A DNA stretch of 64,000 bases from NCBI RefSeq assembly GCF_037042905.1, contig NC_087251.1, forward strand, positions 38,504,001 through 38,568,000, written 5' to 3'. Origin of the DNA: Lytechinus pictus. Taxonomy: Eukaryota. Position numbers and translations under genes: made by a program. Below, piece by piece: positions 40,701 to 52,700 of the stretch. Each line of letters begins with the position of its first letter. Position 1 is the first letter of the stretch. Below the pieces are notes generated by a model, which saw nothing but the letters and a program-made list of their open reading frames with translations, made no database searches and was not told where the DNA came from.

Positions 40701-43700
40701 TACGAACGTCTGTAGTCTATTCTAGCTTAGGTGGTTCTCCCTGAATTACTTAAATTAACCTCCTAATATACCCTACCGTTACTAGGACTAACTGTAAAAC
40801 TTCTATAACGTAATTCAAAGAATTTCAATAGCAGATGAGTGCATAAAACACATTCTTAATAACAAAAGACTTCCTGTGCATCTATACATCTAAATTCTTC
40901 AATGCTAAAGCACAGTATTAACTATTTATGACACATGTATGAAGATGCTTAGCTAGTACGAACTATTTCTAACACTTTGAACAAAAATATGGCATCCACC
41001 TGATCTTGTACTCTAGGGGGGGGGGGGGGTATCAAACGTTTCCAACGCTTGCTTTTGAAACATTCAGAACATATGTACATATACAATTGTCTATAGGCCT
41101 ACCATAAGCTGGACCAAGTAAATATTTTAAACACATGTCTGAACTCAACTGAAATACTCTATAATTAAATTTCTTTCCTGACAATATCCCCCACCTTAAG
41201 ATGAAATTAAGGGAACCTGAATTACATCCGTTAAAGAAATTTACTTTCAAAGCATTGACTAAGCTTTCATAACACTATTTCCAAAAACACAAGTAATATC
41301 GATTTCTATACCAGCATAACATATATGCCAAAACTAAAAGCTTTTTAGTTTTGTAAAAGATCTTCACTTTTCAGTTTAAAATATCAATTTAAATTCTGCA
41401 AAGCGCATTAAAATTTACAATCCTTTCTTACTTTGCTTTGTCAAATAACTGTTTAAATTCAGTAATCTTTCCGAACACAACTTCTTTTAAAACAAAGTGC
41501 AGTGTTTGTTACCACTTTCATAGCATTGTATATTTCAATAAATGAAAGTACTTCATAATCCTTAAAACATTGCTTTATGTATGTAAAATCAGTATTCTTC
41601 TCAAAATCAGCATGTTTTTTTTTAAACAATTAAGTAAATTAAAATTATTGCAATGCCATTCAATTTTCAAAAATTCATATTTTTGTGTACATAAATTGCT
41701 TCAAAAATGGTTACAAAGTTTCAACCGTTTCATGTTTAACATATTTAAATTCAATGTTATGTTCTTGCTTGATTTTTTTTTTTTTTAATAATCGATTAAA
41801 GAAACAAATTTTATATTTCAAACACAGTTACTGATTTGCAATATTTTCATTAAACGAATTTGAATAGCACTTGCACGAATACAGCATATTCTAACACATA
41901 AATATGTATTTTGTATAATGAAAGTGCATGTTATAAACTACTATAAGTCTAAGACCATTTTTTTTTCAAAAACTTCTTACGAACAAGATAATTCTGTGTG
42001 TTTTTTTTTAATGTCATTGCATACAAATTTCATATAAAGAGAAAAGAAATGTTTTACAATCTTATTTCCTAAACTAAAGGACCTATAACTTTTCCCTATT
42101 CTAACTAAATTTACAGGTAAGCCCTACTAACTTAAATCCCTATTCTAATTTCTAATCGCGAATTGTAAGACTTGCGATCATGATTGGCTTCGAAGATCCA
42201 AGGATATCTGGAATAAATGAAAAAAGATCATGAATAATCTGCGAAATACATATGCATAAAACATAGAATTGCGAAAAAAATGGCCCTATGGCTTCTTTTT
42301 TTTTTATATGACATGAATATAGAAAATATTATGATTAATGAGCGCACAGATATTTCATAAAACGTTTATTTTATGAAAGCGTGTAGTGTATAATATTGTG
42401 TATGAGTGTAAAATGTTTAAATATATATATTCTGAACCATTTAGCAATATTCAACATCCTAGTGAACTAAAGCTCTCTCACACCAGCTCATTTGATATAG
42501 ACCCGGGATCAAACACGGTTATCTTGTTAAGGTGCCGGACATCTATCCAAAACCAGTCTGAACTATCCGGTTTCCTAACCAATACAATCGGATGCGCATA
42601 AGACGGATCCGAAGGCTCGACAACCCTTGACTTCAGCATTGACTCAACCTCGACAACTTGGGGTACTCTAGTGAAAGGGGGAGAACGAACAGGTCCATCA
42701 CTTGTCAAATTAATTTTACACTTAGCCACTGAAGTTCGCTTAGGAACGATCGTGAATACATCCTGGTATTCGCATGACAATTCTCGAACCTCATCCTTAG
42801 AATCATGAACATGATTCACAAAGCCCCTCTGAAATGAGCCTGGCATATCATGAGTATCTTTGATACACTCATCCGTCATATCTTTCTCATCTCCAACCTC
42901 ATTGCAAGTATCAGCATCAACACTTGGATTTCTCTCATCCCTTTCTTGACAATGACTCATCTTACTCCACAAAGCCTGAAGTGACAAATCGTCCTTTTGC
43001 TTTCGCAAAAAGTCTTCCGATTTAACTTTCACTCCCGAGCCTTTCACTCTCGAATCCTGTTTAGGTTTATATTTATTTTCCTGTTGTGCCCTAGATTCAA
43101 CAGCCATAGCCTCATCCACGCATGAAGATACATCATCCAAAATCTCAACTTTCGGAATCAACTCACTCACTTCGGAAACCCGAACATTATCTTCCGAACT
43201 AGACACAACTTCCGAACTTTGCACATCAGATTCGGATACCCGATCATCGTTCGATCCAGACACAACTTCCGAACTTTGCACATGAACAACTTCGGAAACT
43301 CGAATATCTTCCGAACTATCAACATCAACTTTGGACATGCGATCATGTATATTCTCTTTACGATCTATACTAGGCACCCATTGCAAGTCAGGATCCTTGG
43401 GCTCACGTGCCCCCTTCACATCATTACCAATAATGACGTCACACAAACAATTAGGCACACACAATGCATTGACCTCTCCAATGAAATAGGGACTATCAAG
43501 CATGACCTTTGCCCTAGGAAAACGCCTAAGAGTGCCATCTATCAGCTTAACCAACTGAATCACTCCCGTGAACTGATTGTCTAATACTAAACTCGTTCTC
43601 ACTATACTCGTGCTACTCCCAGAATCCTTCAGCACGGAAACGGGCTTGTTCATGGGTAACAACCTACCCGAAACAACCGGCATATCAGTCATCGCACCAA

Positions 43701-46700
43701 CTTTTTCATACGCCATACCAAGCGTTTCAACACTTGCATCACTCTCTGATGGAACTTCACCTATGAGTATACAACCGGCTAAACTTTCTACGAATCTAGT
43801 GGATTTCAACTGACTACTTGCCACATCGTCTGAACGCAAAGTTCCTATCGGTATAAAATTTTCATTCGAATGTAAACTTGACTTGTTTGACCTAACGCTA
43901 TTAATCGGAGTGTCCTCCACACTCATAGCCTGAGCTGAATGAACTATGGGCTTCATTGGACAATTCCGTTTCAAATGATTCGGACTACCACACATGTAAC
44001 ACCCATACATCGTACCGCCACTATCATAATTAGGTTTTGTGTTATATTCCGTTGAATTAGCATACTTAGGTTTCCTATCTGCCTGTGGACCTAATACTGA
44101 TTTAGGGTTTTGGATTTGACTTAATCTCTGTTTCTGATTTTGATTCTGTCTTTGGTTTTGATTCTTAGGATTAAATTTATCATTCCTATGACCAATGAAA
44201 GTATGCAATCCATGCGCATGCACATATATCTCAGCACATTCAACCATCTCATGCAACTTCCCACAATTCCTCTCCTTCAAGAATCCAACTACCTCTCTGG
44301 GACAACAATCCAAAAATTGCTCCCTAACAACCAAATCGACCAGGGAATCGTAATCACTAACACCAGACAAATCCAACCACTTATCAAAGTACCCTTTCAT
44401 CCTAACAGCAAACTGTTTTGGGCGCTCTTCCCTATTTGGTCTTACTGACCTGAATTTCTTCCTATAACCATCATCAGTAAGATGGAAGTATTCCATTAGC
44501 TCACGCTTTACCCTATCATAATCGGTGCGATCAGTGCTATTCATTCTATTCACTACATCCAGTGATTTTCCAGTCAGATTCGAAATTAAATGCAAGCATC
44601 TAACTTGTTTTGGTATGTTCTGACTATCCATTAACAGTTCAAACTTTGTTATGTAAGAATCAAAACTGTCAGTTGATTCATCAAACTTTCCTACCTTCAA
44701 CTTAATCCCACTGAACTCAAGAGGGCGTTCCTCTAATTTTGCCTGTTCAATTTTAATTTGGGCCAAGCGCAATTCGTGAGCTTCCTTTTCTCGTTCTCGC
44801 TCACGTTCGTGAGCTTCCTTTTCTCGTTCTCGCTCACGTTCGTAAGCTTCTTTTTCACGTTCCATAGACTCTGTGACAAAACTACTTAATTCGCCACCAC
44901 TAAGTCCTATCTCTCTACCTAGAGTAGAAAACTCCTTCATTTTCTCTATACTACTAGCCATATTGACTAAATTCCAAAACCTAACCAGACTTGAATTGTG
45001 AAAGGCGTCCGCAAAAACAAAGCAACAATAGCTTTAACCTGGCAACCAAATGCCAAACCCTAGTACAAGCACCGCACTAGAAATCGTATCTCCACGAGCA
45101 TACAATTATTCAACCATGCGAACAACAAAGCCCACTTCACACATACAAATTCACAGTCTGTAACATTCAATACTTGCTACCATGCCAACGAGTTACCCGT
45201 AAGAATAGACAGTAATTATGTGAATTAAGAACAAACAGTTCTTCCCGACATATCCTTTATCCTAACGACCAACAGCCCACTATATACCATAGCATTAAAA
45301 CAGGGTCTGCCTTCCCTAAATGCTGTTTACCCGGCCGAAAAAAGGTATGAAGTATATTTTCCTACAGAAAATTTCCCACAATAATTCACCGTACTATCAA
45401 AATGTAAATTCAAGCATAGCAAGTATGATTAGTACCAAGGCTTCAATGCACACCTTGGGGAGAAATATTTTAAGAGCTATTACCAATAGACCATCAATAA
45501 AGTATCCATTTGGAAAGATGACTACAGATTAATTTCTTTCCTAAATAATTTTGAATTATTTCAAGCAGCAGTGGTCTCGGTGGGACCTCCAAATTGTCAC
45601 GTGGGAAGTGACTTTTTTTTAATTATTTACTTACTGCTGCTTGACACCAAATAAAGAATACGTAGAACTGATGAATACAGTTATTAAAAAGATTTAATCA
45701 TATCTCTTCAATCTTTCTGATGTTCTCTTTTGATGGTTTTACAATAATTTGTACATGAAAATATACACAGATATAACAAAATACAACTTAACTTAACGGT
45801 AATCGTTGACTCTAGCCCCTATCATCTCATCTGGCCTGACATGCCCCACTCGGCCCTGGTGGTCGGTCCAGTTCCTGGCCTCCGCAGCTAGCGATGTCTC
45901 TTCCACTCGGCCTCGGCCTCCGCAGACTGTTGCCCCTCGATGAGTAGCCCTCAGATCAAAGATGTGGCTTCAACGAATTAGTGGACGAGATCGAGCCCCC
46001 AATGATGACATGAGTTTTGACGAAACATGTCGGTGGAGAACCGGTGGCAGCTGGGGTCGTTATCTCGTCACCGACGTAGTCCCTTCAGTTATAACTTAGA
46101 CTGCCTATACGAACGTCTGTAGTCTATTCTAGCTTAGGTGGTTCTCCCTGAATTACTTAAATTAACCTCCTAATATACCCTACCGTTACTAGGACTAACT
46201 GTAAAACTTCTATAACGTAATTCAAAGAATTTCAATAGCAGATGAGTGCATAAAACACATTCTTAATAACAAAAGACTTCCTGTGCATCTATACATCTAA
46301 ATTCTTCAATGCTAAAGCACAGTATTAACTATTTATGACACATGTATGAAGATGCTTAGCTAGTACGAACTATTTCTAACACTTTGAACAAAAATATGGC
46401 ATCCACCTGATCTTGTACTCTAGGGGGGGGGGGGGTATCAAACGTTTCCAACGCTTGCTTTTGAAACATTCAGAACATATGTACATATACAATTGTCTAT
46501 AGGCCTACCATAAGCTGGACCAAGTAAATATTTTAAACACATGTCTGAACTCAACTGAAATACTCTATAATTAAATTTCTTTCCTGACAAACCTATTCAT
46601 CAGGATTTCATATTATCATCTATATAGAGTGTTTTAGCAATGCATTAAAAATGCATGTTTTGGTCTGCATTAATTGCCTGTGCAGTATCAGAGCGTATCC

Positions 46701-49700
46701 CTAAAAAGGACCGAAATCCGAAGAATATCCCATAGGCTCCTGTACTAAATTTGCTATTGAATATGAGAGCATATTCAGCAGTAGGCTTATAGTGTGAATG
46801 TGTGAAATATACAATGCGTACAACGATGAAAGCAATGCGATACGTAGCAATAGTACAACGACGCTCAATGACGTCATAATGGACTACATGCAAGTCGCAT
46901 ATCAACGACCAAATTTGACCTTATGAAGTGATGATGCCATTATGTGATAAGTGAAATGACTTCAGTCAAATTTCTTCCTCCATTAATTGGTAGGGGTGGG
47001 GTAGATGGTAATCATGATATTGGATGGCTTTATTTAATGGAATACCAGAAATATTCCACTCGTTAAAGCCAATATTCCACAAATCGCAGCCATCCAATAT
47101 AACATAAGTATTCATGTCTTGAGCAGTTGAATGTTAATCAGATCTTTTGAATCCTCCATATAAATGTACTGATCTTCCATATTCTTGAGAACTCCCAGAG
47201 AGTGAAATATGAACTTATATTTGGTCGCCAAAAACAACAGCCATTATATGAATACTGAAGTTCTGGGCCCCATCTTACAAAGAGTTGCGATCGATCTGAT
47301 CAATCTCAAGTATATGGAAATCCATACATACCATAATTATTTTTACAAAAAATATGCATGATGTCCTTTGTAAACAGAGAGCATCACACTGAATGTTCAA
47401 GAAAACAATGAATGTATGATTATACGTCACATCTAGAAAATATTTTGAACAAACATGCATTTTAGATGTTGACGTTGCTGGCTCTCCATTGTTGCGATTG
47501 ATCAGATTAATCGCAACTCTTTGTGAGACGGGGCCCCTATGATGTATATATAAAATTATTATTACTACAGATATAACTGCTTTCGGACACAGAGTGGTTA
47601 TGTTGTCTTTGATGCTATTATATCTGTATTTTATGTTTTTTGTTTTAGGCTGAAAGAGAATGGGCAGATGAAAGAATGATACAACTCAACCCATTGAGAG
47701 AGGTAAGGAAAGGAACCATTTCTTACCAGTTGACTGGATAAAAAACCCAGGGACTTGTTGTGTGAAGCAAAGCTTAAAGATAAATGCCAGTTGTGGTAAC
47801 AATCTCAAAATTACTTTTTACAGAATCCAATATAATGACCACCCAAGTGCCTGTTTGTATGAATAAAAAATATGTGCCAAAGGATTCTGGAAGAAATTGT
47901 GTAATTGCTGAGAAATAAGCGGGGATTTTGGCACTTGACTACTTGAACACATATTGAGACCGTTGTATTTGTCTTACGTTACAAATTATTTATTTATATA
48001 ATTTGAACATTTGTTGGTATCTTTCCTACTCTGGTATTGTGATTTTATAATTGATGTAACACATCATTTGATTTATCAGGTGGCCAAGCTTGTAGCTGAG
48101 CTTGAAGATCGGTTGTCCAATGCCAACATCCGTCTCCCGAAGGGTAACCCACGCAATCAACAGAGACAAGATCCCACACATAATCTACTCATCCTCAAGG
48201 TCAGTGTCTTTCATGACCTTTGACATTTCTTGACATTTGATATCTCTAATGACCTTTGACATCTCTTGACATTTGATATCTCTAATGACCTTGGACATTT
48301 CTTGACATTTGATATCTCTAATGACCTTTGACATTTGATATCTCTAATGACCTTTGACATCTCTTGACATTTGATATCTCTAATGACCTTTGACATTTCT
48401 TGACATTTGATATCTCTAATGACCTTTGACATTTGATATCTCTAATGACCTTTGACATCTCTTGACATTTGATATCTCTAATGACCTTTGACATTTCTTG
48501 ACATTTGATATCTCTAAATGACCTTTGACATCTCTTGACATTTGATATCTCTAATGACCTTTGACATTTCTTGACTTTTGATATCTCTAATGACCTTTGA
48601 CATCTCTTGACATTTGATATCTCTAATGACCTTTGACATTTCTTGACCTTTGACATCTCTTAACATTTGATATCTCTAATGACCTTTGATATTTCTTGAC
48701 TTTTGATATCTCTAATGACCTTTGACATTTCTTGACACTTGATATCTCTAATGACCTTTGACATCTCTTGGGGTATAACATGGAGAGATGGAGGTAGACT
48801 TGCAAAAGTTGACCTGCCATAAGTATAACATGAACCCAAGTGGAAGCAATTTTTTTAGACCAGGGTAGCGTTTCATGAAAAGACTTTACCCGACATGTCC
48901 CATTTTATCTGACAGTTACCATGGTAACTGTGCTTCTCAGCCAATCAAAATCAAGGAAAGAAGAAAAATGTTGATGAAACGCTCCCCTGATTATTCAAAA
49001 CATTTGTCATGTACTTCAGTCAGATATCTCCCAAGTCAAACAGGCATCTGTGTACTTTGTGATATAACATTTAGCTTAAACAGGTCACCAGTTGTTCGTA
49101 AACTCATTGTGACTTACGAACGGCTTTATGAAACTCCCACTGTGTTTCATGAAATACTAATGAGTCATACTTTCAAATGATACAGTTGTGCTCAAAAGTT
49201 AATGAACCCCACCACAAAATGCACTTTGCCATGCTGAGTGTTGAATGTAGAAAACAACACTACAATGTTTGACGAGCCCAGAGAGACAAACTAAATTGTA
49301 TGTAATATTTTGTCACCCAACCTCACAATTGAATATCTAAAACATGGCAGAACACTTTGAATACGTTCATTTTCTAGTGGGGTTCACTAACTTTTGAGGA
49401 CCACTGTATATGTTTCCTAATAATTAATTGATAATTAATTTTCTCACAAATGATCACGAAATTTTGATTTCCCTTTCAAGGTCAGCCTCAAGGTCACATT
49501 TTGCCAGCCTTAGGCACTGACCTTGGGCTATATCATGTGTACAACGTGTATGGGAGAAGGTTTTCTCCAGTGGCCCCAAGACTTGGAAGTACCTGCCTCG
49601 ACGACTTCCCTGATTGATACACCCCTTATATGATAGTTATATATTGATTGCTGCTTTGGTTTTCTTTGAATGACAGGTTGTGCTAGCTGGGGCATTCTAT

Positions 49701-52700
49701 CCCAACTTCTTCACCTGGGTTCCGTCTGATGAAGCAGAGTCCTTGAAGATACTGTCGGGCAAAGATCCATGCACTACGGTCATGGTGAGTAGGATATACT
49801 TGTTCATATTATTATGTTTATGATTACAAAAAAGTGCCAAGAATTTCCCTTTTTGAGGACCGAGTATCATGAACAAGATTACATTTCCTATTTGTATTGC
49901 AGACGTTCTTGCCACGACGCAACTCATTGAAATTGTTATTATGTAGAGGCTATGATGATATCCCGCTTATGGTGTTTCCAAGCACTTAGCAGATGTATTA
50001 TTATCCTAGTCATTGGAATCTGGCATTTCTGCATATGACGTATGCACAATCTCCACTCCATGAGGAGTATTCCTGTTATGAGCAGTTGTTCTTTTTATTT
50101 CATTAACTGTATATTATTTTATTGTTGTATTTATTCTAATACAGCAATAAAAAACAGGCTGTCAGCTACATACGAAAAGCTGTTTCAGCATGTCCACAGT
50201 CAAGACGCTCTTATAACTAAGCCAACAACATTACCATTTGCTTCTTAATTGGGCCCCTATTGAAAACCCAGGCATTTAACACTGCAGTCTTTTTATTTAT
50301 TCATGCTGATTAGGTGAAGAACGTACCTCCTCACGGTGAACTGTATGCATCGTCCATTGGTAAACTCTTCCAGTGCTGCGGCAAGGGAAAGAAACTATTC
50401 TTTGAAGACACCAAGTAAGTGAACTTATTTTTTCACCAAATCACACTGTCAAATACACTGTGAAAAAGTACATCACATATGAAAAGCATAGGGTAATTGG
50501 AACTAAACATAGTAGAATGCCAATCGAAGTTAGCCCCTAATGAATTATGACTTTACCATATATTAAACAATGATTTAGATTAAATCACAATATTTGTACA
50601 TAAATTAATTCTACTTAACAATCACTCACTGTACTCTTTTACATGTAACTTGTCCGTATATATTACCACTATTCTCTGCAAATTTTAAAAGTTAAAAAAT
50701 GGAAGGGAAGAAAAAGAATAGTTTAATATAATTTGTATAATGAAATTCATTCCCAGTCCATATTTGATAAATTTTGAAATTGTTTGAGTGCTTAGTATGA
50801 GAAATAAAAACTTCATATACATGTATTTGAAACTTGTCTGTTGGATTTTATTGTTTTAATAAATCAATTGTTCATTATCTTCAGGTTGTTTGTCCAGTTT
50901 GAAAGACAGAGTGATTACAGTGCCATCCTACCAGCTGTCTACCATGCTGTCAAAATGAGGTATATATATATGGTATTCATATTTATTCATAGTTCTTTAT
51001 TATCATGTATATTCTCTTTGCTATATATGACATTCTAATAACAATAGTTCATATTTCTATGAAGAAAAAACATGACTTGGACAAGATTATTTCAATGTTT
51101 TACTGACCTATCAAATTTGAATTCTGTGTTTTCTTGCAGACATCTGAAGATGCCATTGGAGTTGGGTGTCTTTGAGATAGATCAGGAGACCAAAGTGGAA
51201 TCAAACGTTGGAAGGGGACACTTCAAATCACACAGGTAATACTTTACCACAGGATGGTTTAGAGCTAAATGATTGTAGTTGTGGCAAAGAATGATTTCAC
51301 AAAGGTGTATATGAAATTAAGGTTAATTGTCACAATGGGTGATTTCAAGTTCAGTGTTGACCTTTGGGTGTTGGTGTTAGGTCAATTTTACACGATTATA
51401 ATGCCAAACATAAAATGAAGATGGTCCCGAAAAGTCACTCACTAGTTGTTGAGATGTCAGTAATGTGATTTGGATCAGTTTTACAAACTATGAATAAGTT
51501 TTGGAGCTAGGGGAAGCAATCCAAATTTCAACACCAACACTGGAGTAGAAATCACCCCATATCATCATAGATCTAGTTCTGGAGAGCATTTCATCAGCAA
51601 ATTGTCCGATTAGATGTCAGATCTGACAATGTGCTTTATTCTAATTGGCTGAGAAGCACTTATGCTATGGTAGCTGTTATATAAAACACACTTAGTCGGA
51701 TAATTCGCCAAACAAGTCCTTTCATGAAATGCTCTCCTGGTCCATTTGAATAAACCCAACTCTTTAAAATCATGAAAACGGAGCTGTATTACAAATGATC
51801 ACATTAAAGATCATAGAAATAGATGAGCACATGTTTGGAAATAGACCCTGCAACTGGCTTGAATGTCATGCATTTCCACCTGAATCTTTGTGTATATTTT
51901 GTTTTGTTTACTCATAACAAACACTTTGTGATATATGAAAGTATTTAATTGTTTTGGTCCGATTTGTTTGGTTTCCTGGTTGACAGATACCAAGTCTTCC
52001 TGATTGACAGAAAGACTTCCTTTAAATTGAATGATTTTACTAGCTGAAAATGACAAAAAAAAATTTGTGTGAAGAGCTGCAGATTTTCAACATCTCCCTG
52101 ATTCATTCATTGATTTCTTTCATTGGATTTAGTGTAATCAACAAAGACCTTTCCCTTCCTCACTAAACTCTCCCTTAAAGGTGAATATTAAAGTTGGCAG
52201 TTCTGTCGTAGTTATATGTGACAGGTTAGTTCAGTGTGTGTACGATTGATACCTCTTGTCTCTCATATAGGACGGCTGTCAGCATGTCTTCTGGGGGCCC
52301 GCAGCAAGTACCCCTCCCAGATGCTTCTACTGATTGGTGTCTTATCATGCCTACTGCTGTAAGTCATCTATACTTCTTAACCTCTCCCAGTTTTCCTTAA
52401 AAAGGAAATGAAAATTCAGGAAAAACAAAGAATTCACAGAATTTTAAGGAAAACAGAATTTTTCACCCCCAAAAATTTGAAATTTGAATTTATGAAAAAT
52501 GAAGTGAAGAAATCAAGAAAATATCAAAGCAAAATTTGATTAAACAAAATTGCGTAGAATTGAAAAGATTGGCCCATAAGATCTTTTCACAGAGTTTAGC
52601 ATGCGTTTGTTCAGATTTATCTGGGTGGAAAATAATGATTTTACTTAGATTTTCACTATTTACAATTGATGTATCATATGCTTTGTACATGTTTTTTTTA

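Larger units (their letters stand above)
40188..46589 (-). mobile_element. Ty3/Gypsy (Gmr1-like) LTR retroelement, internally deleted, antisense in TDRD9 intron 17
   Basis: TG...CA LTRs at 40188-41183 and 45595-46589; AACCT TSD; PBS and PPT; gag-pro ORF. Confidence 0.96.

Noticed and set aside
42478..44961. Domesticated Gag/SCAN host gene
   Set aside because: Flanked by near-identical LTRs, TSD, PBS and PPT, so it belongs to a recent mobile insertion
48211..48820. Repetitive ORFs or CRISPR-like array
   Set aside because: Head-to-tail minisatellite without unique spacers, in a eukaryotic intron
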